Source: Candidatus Falkowbacteria bacterium (GTDB taxonomy: Bacteria > Patescibacteriota > Patescibacteriia > Patescibacteriales > WJLG01). From it: 64,000 bases of DNA. The notes under the pieces are model-generated. The model was not told where the DNA came from. It made no database searches and was given only the letters and a program-made list of their open reading frames with translations. Where the stretch lies: the NCBI GenBank assembly GCA_963747695.1, contig CAVVFV010000003.1, positions 17,296 through 81,295 of the forward strand. The letters run 5' to 3'. Of the stretch, positions 18,522 through 26,158 are shown piece by piece (within the stretch, counting starts at the first letter, position 1; the number at the start of each line of letters is the position of its first letter). The translations under genes were made by a program, and so were the position numbers.

Positions 18522-18944
18522 ATGTCGTCTATGAAGATAATAATTTGCGGCAGCATGGCTTTTTCCCGAGAAATGGCTGAATTGGGGAAAAAATTGCAAA
18601 CTAGCGGTCACGAAATTATTTTGCCGCGCAACTGCAATAATTATGCGGAAAGCAAACTGCAAGCGGAAAATACCAACGAATCTGTTCGGAACAAAATTGA
18701 ACATGATTTAATCCGCGATTATTTCCAGAAAATAAAAAATTGTGATGGAGTTTTAATCGCTAATTTCGATAAAAACGGCATTAAAAATTATATCGGCGGT
18801 AATTCATTTCTGGAAATTGGCTTTGCCCATGCGTTGAATAAAAAAGTTTTTTTATTTAATGATATTCCTGACATCGGCTACCAGGACGAAATAATTGCAA
18901 TGAAACCAATTATTCTAAATGGCGATTTAAAAAAAATTATCTAA
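18522..18944 (+). CDS. Nucleoside 2-deoxyribosyltransferase-like small Rossmann protein
   Basis: 140-aa ORF: KIIICGSMAF... and GGNSFLEIGFAHALNKKVFLF resemble the NDT-like D/GxxxE-G-A pattern. Assignment is tentative. Confidence 0.5.
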   Translation: MSSMKIIICGSMAFSREMAELGKKLQTSGHEIILPRNCNNYAESKLQAENTNESVRNKIEHDLIRDYFQKIKNCDGVLIANFDKNGIKNYIGGNSFLEIGFAHALNKKVFLFNDIPDIGYQDEIIAMKPIILNGDLKKII

Positions 18945-18986
18945 AAAATATTTTTCATTTCTAATTTTTAACTTTTAATTGAAGTT

Positions 18987-20300
18987 ATGCTCGATATCAA
19001 ATTCATCCGCGAAAATAAGGAAAAAATTGCTGAGGCGGCCAGAAATAAGAATATCAAACTCGACGTCAATCTTCTTTTGTCAGTCGACGATAAAAGAAGA
19101 GCTTTGATCCAACAAATTGACGAGCTGCGATCTAGGCGCAATGTTCTGGCCGAACAAAATAAAGGGGGTAAGCCTTCAACGGAACAAATCGAAGCGGGAA
19201 AAAAAATCAAGGAAGAAATAAGCGCCCGGGAAGCCGATTTATCGCAGACGGAAGGGGAGTATAGCGACCTGATGGTGCAGGTACCCAATATTCCTTCCGC
19301 TGATACTCCGATCGGTCATGATGAAAAAGATAATGTCGAAGTTTATCATTGGGGCGAGCCGACCAAATTCGATTTCGCGCCCAAATCCCACATCGAATTG
19401 GGCGAGGCTTTGGATATTCTGGATTTCGATCGGGGAGTGAAAGTTGCCGGCTACCGCGGCTATTTTGTCAAAAACGATGGCGTTTTCCTGCAGTTGGCTT
19501 TGATGTTGTTCGCTTTGGATAAACTTGCGTCCCGGGGATTCAAGCCGATGATTCCGCCGACCCTGGTCAAAGAGTTCGCCTTGTTCGGCAGCGGATATTT
19601 TGCCGGCAGAAAATTTAATCCGCAAATTGATGAAATATATAAAATTGAAAACTCTGAGAAGGAAGCTGACGGCAAGACGAACGCTGAAAGCCGCTTTTTG
19701 ATTGGTACGGCCGAGCCTTCGCTGTTGGCGTATTATTCCGGGGAAGTTCTTAATGAAAAAGATCTGCCCTTAAAAATGTGCGGCTTTTCGCAATGTTATC
19801 GCAGCGAAATCGGCAGCTACGGCAAAGACACCAAAGGAATCTACCGCGTCCACGAATTTATGAAAGTCGAGCAGGTTTGCATCTGCCGCAACGATGTCGC
19901 GGAAGCGGAAAAAATGCATCTGGAGATGTCGGAAATTTCCCAAGAATTGCATCAAGAGCTGGGCTTGCCTTTTCGAAAAATTCAAATCTGCACCGGCGAT
20001 ATGTCGGCCGGCAAATATAAAATGTTCGATTTAGAGGCTTGGATACCGAGCCGTAATGGTTATGGCGAAACCGGCTCTGCTTCGAATTTTCTCGACTGGC
20101 AATCGCGCCGTCTGGATATTAAATTCAAAAATGCGGCCGGCGAAAAAAATTACGCCTTTTTGCTTAATAACACGGCTATCCCTAGCCCCCGCATTATGAT
20201 CGCCGTGATGGAAAATTACCAGCAAGCCGATGGCAGCATCGTCATTCCCGAGGTTCTGCGAAAATATATTCCCGGCGGCCTTAGCGTTATCAAAAAATAA
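18987..20300 (+). CDS. serS: Seryl-tRNA synthetase
   Basis: 437-aa ORF. N-terminal coiled-coil MLDIKFIRENKE...; class II core FSQCYRSEIGSYGKDTKGIYRVHEF and ...GETGSASNFLDWQSRR. Confidence 0.95.
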   Translation: MLDIKFIRENKEKIAEAARNKNIKLDVNLLLSVDDKRRALIQQIDELRSRRNVLAEQNKGGKPSTEQIEAGKKIKEEISAREADLSQTEGEYSDLMVQVPNIPSADTPIGHDEKDNVEVYHWGEPTKFDFAPKSHIELGEALDILDFDRGVKVAGYRGYFVKNDGVFLQLALMLFALDKLASRGFKPMIPPTLVKEFALFGSGYFAGRKFNPQIDEIYKIENSEKEADGKTNAESRFLIGTAEPSLLAYYSGEVLNEKDLPLKMCGFSQCYRSEIGSYGKDTKGIYRVHEFMKVEQVCICRNDVAEAEKMHLEMSEISQELHQELGLPFRKIQICTGDMSAGKYKMFDLEAWIPSRNGYGETGSASNFLDWQSRRLDIKFKNAAGEKNYAFLLNNTAIPSPRIMIAVMENYQQADGSIVIPEVLRKYIPGGLSVIKK

Positions 20301-20372
20301 TCATTTTACGTTTTACCAAAGGAGGGGAGTGGATCGACGCAAACTAAGCCGACCCTACTCCTTCATATCTCT

Positions 20373-21230
20373 ATGTCATTACTCGGCTCATATTCAGCCA
20401 AAAAGCACTTGACGATCGATTACCATGAAAAAAAATTGGTAAACCCTTTTTATAAAAAGCGGGAAAATATCATCTCTTTGGCCGGTGTGAAGGGCAAATT
20501 GATTATCATCTTATCCGTCTTGATCTTGATTTTTATCGTCTGGTTTATCTTCATTTCTAATTTTTGGGTGATTAGGAAGATTTCCATTTCCGGAGTCGAT
20601 CAGCTGTCTAACGACGACATCAGCAATCTGATCAACCAGCAGATGCGCTCGGCCAATTATCTCGTCTTGCCGCAAAGGAATCTGCTTTTCTTCAGCGGGA
20701 ATAAATTCGAGAGCACGCTGCAAAAAAAATATCATTTTCAGAAAATCGATGTCAAAAAACAATGGCCGGACTCGCTGGCTATCGCAATCATCAACAAACC
20801 CTTGATTTGCGTCTGGAACGAGGGAGGCCATTATTTTTATACCGATAGCGACGGTTACGCCGTCCAAGAAATCAATGCGCTGGATTTGAAGGGAAATCAG
20901 TACCCGCTAATCATCAATCAATCTTCGCAAAAGATGTATGGGAACAGAATCACCGTCGATCCCGCTTATCTGACTGTCGCCGCCGCGCTTTTCGATAGAT
21001 TTCCCAAGATAATGATCGGCATGACCATCGATCATTTCGTTATCGATGATGACGTTGATACCATCAAATTACTGACACCGGGAGGCCTAACGATCGCTTT
21101 TAATACCAAGGATGATATCGACAAGCAGCTGAATAATTTATCAGTTTTGAAAGATCAGAAACTAAAAGACGATTTTGCGAAACAAAAAATGATCGATTTG
21201 CGTTTTGGCGATAAAATTTATTATCAATAA
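20373..21230 (+). CDS. FtsQ/DivIB-like cell-division protein (TM + POTRA)
   Basis: 285-aa ORF with a single TM (LIIILSVLILIFIVWFIFI) followed by IRKISISGVDQLSNDDISNLI, typical of a POTRA start. Confidence 0.6.
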   Translation: MSLLGSYSAKKHLTIDYHEKKLVNPFYKKRENIISLAGVKGKLIIILSVLILIFIVWFIFISNFWVIRKISISGVDQLSNDDISNLINQQMRSANYLVLPQRNLLFFSGNKFESTLQKKYHFQKIDVKKQWPDSLAIAIINKPLICVWNEGGHYFYTDSDGYAVQEINALDLKGNQYPLIINQSSQKMYGNRITVDPAYLTVAAALFDRFPKIMIGMTIDHFVIDDDVDTIKLLTPGGLTIAFNTKDDIDKQLNNLSVLKDQKLKDDFAKQKMIDLRFGDKIYYQ

Positions 21231-21277
21231 TTTCTGTTAATCGCGAGAACTGCCTGCGATTAGCAGTTGTCACACCT

Positions 21278-21436
21278 ATGAGCAATGAATCAGCGGAAAG
21301 AATTTTTAAATTCGTCTTCTTCCTGGCCATTATCGTTTCTTTGATCCTCGTGATCGGCATCTATATGCTGGTCATCAAGTTCTTGTTAAATTTTATTCCC
21401 GAGATTCGCATTTTGGGCGTCACCATGGTCAATTGA
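21278..21436 (+). CDS. Possible small membrane protein (52 aa)
   Basis: Own translation: MSNESAERIFKFVFFLAIIVSLILVIGIYMLVIKFLLNFIPEIRILGVTMVN. Below the ORF-track cutoff and no SD. Confidence 0.3.
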   Translation: MSNESAERIFKFVFFLAIIVSLILVIGIYMLVIKFLLNFIPEIRILGVTMVN

Positions 21437-21772
21437 TCGCCGGAGGATATAATTTAAAGCAAAAGCAGTGATAGATTACCCGGGACTGATTATCTCCTAA
21501 ATTAGAGCATTTTAGGGCATAATTCGCTTATTTTATACTAATATTAGCAATTATCTTGCTAATTATTTTATTGTGATCAGATAGTATAAGTCCAAATCGC
21601 GTAAAACTATGGTCAAGTATCAAGTTTCTGCAATTTAAAATTATTAGGAACGGATTCAAGAAAGAGTGAGACAAAAAAATAATCGGCCGAGACAATCGGG
21701 ATTGCTTTCAGCGGAAGAGGGAAATTCGAAAAACGGAAAGTCCGGCCAAACGGGCTTATTTAACTAGCCATT

Positions 21773-21800
21773 ACTTCGCTTAATCTACATTATGCGAAGT
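21773..21800 (+). other. dif-like Xer recombination site (11-6-11): ACTTCGCTTAA-TCTACA-TTATGCGAAGT
   Basis: 28-bp site with 11-bp arms that are inverted repeats differing at one position and a 6-bp centre. Resembles B. subtilis dif (ACTTCCTAGAATATATATTATGTAAACT) and E. coli dif in the ACTTC..AA / ..ATTATG arms. It lies 600 bp from a xerC/D-like gene. Confidence 0.6.
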
Positions 21801-21861
21801 ATGATAGATATAAATAAGGGACAGATGTTTTTGAAATCCGTCCCCTTTCTCTGAAAGACAA

Positions 21862-22281
21862 CTAGTATATCGTTGAATGTGATGGCATCCCGTAAAATGC
21901 GCAATGGAACAATTTGGACCGATCCAGTTCCCTGTCCACTAATTCAACGGTTACCACTGCGTCTACATCCGGCATGCTCGTCGAATCGCCAAACTTTTTT
22001 ACAGTGTATTTTCCGTTTTTGGCCGATTCGTTGGGAAAAATAACGATAATAACTTCGCCCTCTTTTAGAATGTCAGCGATTTGCATATGGTAGATCGCGT
22101 CATCAACCCCATTAAGAAGGGCCGTGAATGTATCCGAACCGGCTCTAATGCGAGGCTCCCACTCGCCCTTGCCACAACATGAGCACGGGTTCATCAATTC
22201 CCCGTCGCGAAAATACTTTGTCTGTCCATCAAAAGAGCAGGTATAAATCATTCCGAATTGGGCAATGGCCATAATAGCCAC
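21862..22281 (-). CDS. Hypothetical protein (cassette ORF between dif-like sites)
   Basis: 139-aa ORF with an SD (aaaggtgg) and its own TTGACA-17-TAATAT promoter. No recognisable motif. Confidence 0.6.
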   Translation of the reverse strand: MAIMAIAQFGMIYTCSFDGQTKYFRDGELMNPCSCCGKGEWEPRIRAGSDTFTALLNGVDDAIYHMQIADILKEGEVIIVIFPNESAKNGKYTVKKFGDSTSMPDVDAVVTVELVDRELDRSKLFHCAFYGMPSHSTIY

Positions 22282-22330
22282 CTTTCTTTTTTGTTAAAAT
22301 TATGAATAATTATCACAGAAATGACTTAAT

Positions 22331-22359
22331 ATATTAGCATTTAATATCAATTATGTCAA
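22331..22359 (-). promoter_or_regulatory. Sigma70-like promoter (TTGACA-17-TAATAT) for 21862-22281
   Basis: + strand tgtcaa 22354-22359 and atatta 22331-22336, with a 17-nt spacer. Confidence 0.7.
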
Positions 22360-22366
22360 TAGCAAT

Positions 22367-22394
22367 ACTTCGCATAATATTGTATACTTATTTA
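22367..22394 (+). other. dif-like half-site (ACTTCGCATAA + degenerate right arm)
   Basis: The 11-mer ACTTCGCATAA (22367-22377) is the exact reverse complement of the right arm of the 21773-21800 site. The remaining TATTGT-ATACTTATTTA matches poorly. Confidence 0.45.
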
Positions 22395-22395
22395 T

Positions 22396-23355
22396 ATGTC
22401 AGACAAACCAATCGTTAAATACCTCACTGACTTTCTTGATTACCTGGAAATTGAAAAAGGCCTTTCGGCCAAGACCCAGGAGAACTACACCAGATTCCTG
22501 CAGAAATTTTTTAAATGGCTGGAAGCCGAAAGATTAGGTTCGCTCTCCCCTGCCCGCTTGACTGCGGACCACGTCTGGAAGTACCGGGTTTTTTTATCGC
22601 GCCATATTGATCCACATAAAAAAGTCGGGCTAAAAAAATCCACGCAGAATTATTATCTGATCGCTTTGCGCAGCTTGCTGGAATTTTTTGTGGAAAAGAA
22701 TATCGCCAGTTTGCCGCCTTCGAAAATCAAATTGGCCAAGGATAAATCCGATCATGAGGTCAAATTCCTCAATCTGGGGCAGATCGAGCGCCTGCTTGAC
22801 GCACCCGACACCGGCAACATCATCGGCTTGCGGGACCGGGCTATTCTGGAATCATTCTTCTCTACCGGCTTGCGCATCTCCGAGCTTTCCGGACTTAACC
22901 GCGACCAACTGCGGATAAAAAAGGACACCAAAGAGATTGAGATCGCCGTCGTCGGCAAGGGTTCAAAAGTCCGCACGGTTTATTTTTCCGAGCGCTCCGT
23001 CGATGCTTTGCGCAATTATCTGGATAAACGGACCGATCTGGATGAGGCTTTATTTATAAATTATAAGCCCGGTAAGAATGTCGCTGACAAACCGCGCCGC
23101 TTGTCCAACCGCGCCATCGAAGATATTGTAAAAAAATATGTCCTGATCGCCGGTTTACCCGTGATGGCCACTCCGCACACTTTGCGCCACTCATTCGCCA
23201 CCGATCTGCTCTCGCACGGCGTTGATCTCCGCTTGGTTCAGGAATTCCTGGGTCACCGCAACATCGCGACCACTCAAATCTATACTCACGTCACCAATAA
23301 GCAGCTCCGCGACGTTCACCGCCAATCGCATGGCGGCAAAGATTTAAAAAAATAG
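22396..23355 (+). CDS. Tyrosine recombinase XerC/XerD family
   Basis: 319-aa ORF. SAM-like N domain; catalytic region GLRISEL...HTLRHSFATDLLSHGVDLRLVQEFLGHRNIATTQIYTHV (R..HxxR..Y). Confidence 0.9.
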   Translation: MSDKPIVKYLTDFLDYLEIEKGLSAKTQENYTRFLQKFFKWLEAERLGSLSPARLTADHVWKYRVFLSRHIDPHKKVGLKKSTQNYYLIALRSLLEFFVEKNIASLPPSKIKLAKDKSDHEVKFLNLGQIERLLDAPDTGNIIGLRDRAILESFFSTGLRISELSGLNRDQLRIKKDTKEIEIAVVGKGSKVRTVYFSERSVDALRNYLDKRTDLDEALFINYKPGKNVADKPRRLSNRAIEDIVKKYVLIAGLPVMATPHTLRHSFATDLLSHGVDLRLVQEFLGHRNIATTQIYTHVTNKQLRDVHRQSHGGKDLKK

Positions 23356-23446
23356 CTGATTGGAAACGACTTGATTATTCAGCCTTAGCCTGTTATAATA
23401 CTTAGCTACCGAAAATCACCCAAATCAAAATAAACTGGAGGTTTCC

Positions 23447-23695
23447 ATGTCTCGCCCGCTCTTTGTTTTTAAAAATATCGGCCATTATGTAACTATGGTT
23501 CTCAGCTCTTTATGGTCACACGTAAAGTCGATATCTATCGGGCTTGGTTTTTTCATAGTTATGGGCATCTTGGGAGTAGCCGGTTTCGTGATTTCTCTGA
23601 CCGGCCGGGGTAACCTTGAACATTTTTTAACCAACTTCGTCGCCGACAAAACTGACTTATTCTTGTGGTTCGTTGGCAAGGAAAAAAAGGCATAA
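23447..23695 (+). CDS. Small membrane protein
   Basis: 82-aa ORF with an SD (ctggaggtttccATG) and two hydrophobic helices. Confidence 0.5.
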   Translation: MSRPLFVFKNIGHYVTMVLSSLWSHVKSISIGLGFFIVMGILGVAGFVISLTGRGNLEHFLTNFVADKTDLFLWFVGKEKKA

Positions 23696-23713
23696 ACTTT
23701 GAAAAAATCGTAC

Positions 23714-23746
23714 AAAAAAGGATGCGACTCGGCATCCTCTTTTTTT
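23714..23746. terminator. Bidirectional intrinsic terminator
   Basis: AGGATGC-gactcg-GCATCCT flanked by an A-run and a T-run, between convergent genes. Confidence 0.8.
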
Positions 23747-23757
23747 ATGAAAAAATC

Positions 23758-24990
23758 TTATTGCGGCAGATATTCCATCGGATCGACCGGCACGCCGTTC
23801 AGACGAACCTCAAAGTGAAGATGAGGACCCGTAGTGAATGGGCCGGAACCGAGCGTCCCGGGCGTTCCGCCGCTCAAACCGATCACTTCGCCTTGCGTTA
23901 CATAATCATCGGCATTGACATAGATTTTAGAGACGTGGCCATAGACCGTGGAGAGTCCGTTGCCGTGGATGATCATGATGTAAGCGTAAGCCGTGCCGTT
24001 CATCTGAGCGTGGGCCACATAGCCGGAATCAGCCGCGACGACTTCCGTTCCTTGGCCGGCGCGGATATCGACTCCTGGATGTTCGAACAGATAGCGGAAC
24101 GGATAATCCGGATCGTGAAAATACGTCGTAATGTAATTCTTCGGGACCGGCCAGACTATGCCGTTCGGATTCAACTGGATCTTGCTCTTGTCAAGCGAGG
24201 ACATTTTCTCGCGCACCGTTTTTTCCAGGTTGGTTATCTGTTCATTGGCCGCGTCTTGCTGTTCTTTAAGCTGCTCGACTAAGCCGGTATATTTTGCCTG
24301 GGAATTTTGCGTTTCCGCGAGTACGTCAGTTTTATCTTGCTTGTCGCTTTCCAGCGCCTGCATATTCTGCTTGAGGCTGGCAGCCAAATTCAATAAGTCT
24401 TGATTTTTTTGTACCAACTCGGCCTTCCCCTTCTGGAGATCCGCCTCGTCATTTTTCAAACTATCCAGACTCTGCGCCAACCCGACGTTCACATCTTCCA
24501 GATATTTTATCCGATCAAGAAAATTATCGAGCGAATCGTTCATCAATAGCACCTCCAAAGTACTGACATCTTTTTCCTTATAGATCAATTTGATGGTGGT
24601 GGCGATATCATTTTTTTCTTTATCAATCGCCGCCTGCTTATTGCCGATATCGATATCCGTCTGCTTCATCTGTAAATTAGTCTGGTCGATCTGATTTTGC
24701 GTGCTGGTAACGTCCAATTCGGCGGCAGCGATCCGGTTATCCAAAATCGCCATTTCACCCTGCAGGGTATCGGCTTGCGCCTGGGCTGCCGCGATATTGG
24801 CGGCATATTGCGCCTTTTGCTTCTCAATATCCTGCATTTTGTCTTGGTTGTCTTTGATCTGCTGATTCAATTGCTGGATCTCTTGGGTTGTCTGATCATC
24901 GGTCATGCTATGCGCGATCGTCGAAGTCTTTAAACTTAGCGCAAAAACGCACAAAACAAGGATTAATATTTTTATTTTTCCATTATTCAT
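23758..24990 (-). CDS. M23-family metallopeptidase with long N-terminal coiled coil (EnvC-like)
   Basis: 410-aa ORF with a signal/TM segment and a Q/E/K-rich coiled coil. C-terminal HPGVDIRAGQGT...HGNGLSTVYGH...GPHLHFEV. Confidence 0.9.
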   Translation of the reverse strand: MNNGKIKILILVLCVFALSLKTSTIAHSMTDDQTTQEIQQLNQQIKDNQDKMQDIEKQKAQYAANIAAAQAQADTLQGEMAILDNRIAAAELDVTSTQNQIDQTNLQMKQTDIDIGNKQAAIDKEKNDIATTIKLIYKEKDVSTLEVLLMNDSLDNFLDRIKYLEDVNVGLAQSLDSLKNDEADLQKGKAELVQKNQDLLNLAASLKQNMQALESDKQDKTDVLAETQNSQAKYTGLVEQLKEQQDAANEQITNLEKTVREKMSSLDKSKIQLNPNGIVWPVPKNYITTYFHDPDYPFRYLFEHPGVDIRAGQGTEVVAADSGYVAHAQMNGTAYAYIMIIHGNGLSTVYGHVSKIYVNADDYVTQGEVIGLSGGTPGTLGSGPFTTGPHLHFEVRLNGVPVDPMEYLPQ

Positions 24991-25066
24991 AAGCTAAGTA
25001 TAGCACGGATCGTCCCGATACTCAATATGTTATCAGAATATATTTTATCCATTAAGTCAAATATGC

Positions 25067-25095
25067 TTGACAGCTCCCTCCCCTCTTGTTATACT
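25067..25095 (+). promoter_or_regulatory. Sigma70-like promoter (TTGACA-17-TATACT) upstream of rpmA
   Basis: TTGACA 25067-25072, TATACT 25090-25095. Confidence 0.75.
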
Positions 25096-25105
25096 GGTAA
25101 TCAAT

Positions 25106-25143
25106 AATGAATCAACTTTCACGGATTCATTAATTTTTTTTAA
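25106..25143 (+). terminator. Leader hairpin + U-run (attenuator-like) between promoter and rpmA
   Basis: AATGAATC 25106-25113 / GATTCATT 25124-25131 followed by aattttttttt. Confidence 0.55.
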
Positions 25144-25157
25144 ATTATAAATTTTTT

Positions 25158-25200
25158 GCTACATGTTTTCATGTTCACATGCTCTCATGTTTCAATGATC
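25158..25200. repeat. 8-nt periodic CATGTT word array abutting the rpmA start
   Basis: tacatgtt ttcatgtt cacatgct ctcatgtt tcaatgat, read directly. Confidence 0.7.
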
Positions 25201-25204
25201 AGAT

Positions 25205-25513
25205 ATGTCTCATAAGAAAGCAGCCGGCGTAACCAGATTGGGTCGCGATTCGGCTTCACAAAGATTGGGCGTTAAATTAAGCGATGGCCAGTATGCCAAA
25301 GCGGGCAATATCATCATCCGCCAGCGCGGCACGCAATATTTCCCTGGTAAGAACGTCAAAATGGGCGTTGACCATACTTTATTTGCAATCAAAAACGGTC
25401 TGGTGAAATTCACCCAGAAAACCATGAAGAAATTCGACAACCGGATGAAAAAGGTCAAGGTCGTCAACGTTATTCCCGCCGCTGCCAAGGAAGCTAAAGC
25501 GAAGATAAAATAA
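25205..25513 (+). CDS. rpmA: Ribosomal protein L27
   Basis: 102-aa ORF: [29 protein letters not shown]...[26 protein letters not shown]. Confidence 0.95.
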   Translation: MSHKKAAGVTRLGRDSASQRLGVKLSDGQYAKAGNIIIRQRGTQYFPGKNVKMGVDHTLFAIKNGLVKFTQKTMKKFDNRMKKVKVVNVIPAAAKEAKAKIK

Positions 25514-25583
25514 TATTTCCCAATATAAAAACAGTCCTGAATCATCGGGACTGTTTTTTTGTTGAAGAACCTGATCGGCCAAG

Positions 25584-25850
25584 CTAGTCGTCGTAATCTT
25601 TTTCGCCGAATGTGGCAAATTTACGTTGACGGATAGATTGTTCGGCAGCATTTTTCGCCTCGTGTTCACTGAGTTCTTTCGCCAATTTCGGATTTTCCGG
25701 AGTAAAGCCGTGTTTATCCAAGCATTGGGCCAAAGTAAGCTTTCTTCCGGGAAGAAGCTCATCGGCAGTACTCTTATCGCCTAATTCACCGCCAAGATCA
25801 TGATCGGCTTCATAAAAACCGCAATATTTGCAGCTTATTCCGTCAGCCAT
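25584..25850 (-). CDS. Hypothetical acidic protein with CxxC
   Basis: Start re-assigned to the ATG at 25850, preceded by agggggatct (MADGISCKYCGFYEADHD...). 88 aa. Immediately follows the upstream ORF stop. Confidence 0.5.
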   Translation of the reverse strand: MADGISCKYCGFYEADHDLGGELGDKSTADELLPGRKLTLAQCLDKHGFTPENPKLAKELSEHEAKNAAEQSIRQRKFATFGEKDYDD

Positions 25851-25858
25851 AGATCCCC

Positions 25859-26128
25859 CTAATTCAATAGATGTGTCTGATAATCCATTTGACAAGTCTT
25901 CCTTATGCTTCGAAGTATTTCATCATTTTCCTTTTTTTCACGACGAAGCAATTTTTCGAAAGCATTGGAATTCAACGCACTAAAATGTAACGTCGTATGT
26001 TTTCCTTTCGGCAGATCAAGCCCCAAATACTTTTTCATGCTACAAGCTGTTTGCATTCGCTGAATTACTATCGCCAATTTGGCGTTGGTACTCAATGTTT
26101 TTTCCTTGCCATTTTTAACTAATTTCAT
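25859..26128 (-). CDS. Hypothetical basic protein
   Basis: 89-aa ORF with a strong SD (ccggaggaaacaATG). It forms a tight pair with 25584-25850. Confidence 0.5.
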   Translation of the reverse strand: MKLVKNGKEKTLSTNAKLAIVIQRMQTACSMKKYLGLDLPKGKHTTLHFSALNSNAFEKLLRREKKENDEILRSIRKTCQMDYQTHLLN

Positions 26129-26158
26129 TGTTTCCTCCGGTTGATATTAAAATGAACA

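Noticed and set aside
21735-21745. GGAAAGTCCGG, resembling the RNase P RNA P4 / CR-I motif.
   Set aside because: The surrounding 400 bp lacks the other conserved RNase P blocks (for example the ACAGAA..CCGGCUUA-type 3' P4 strand), and the remaining space before the next gene is too short. Probably a chance match; an Rfam scan would settle it.
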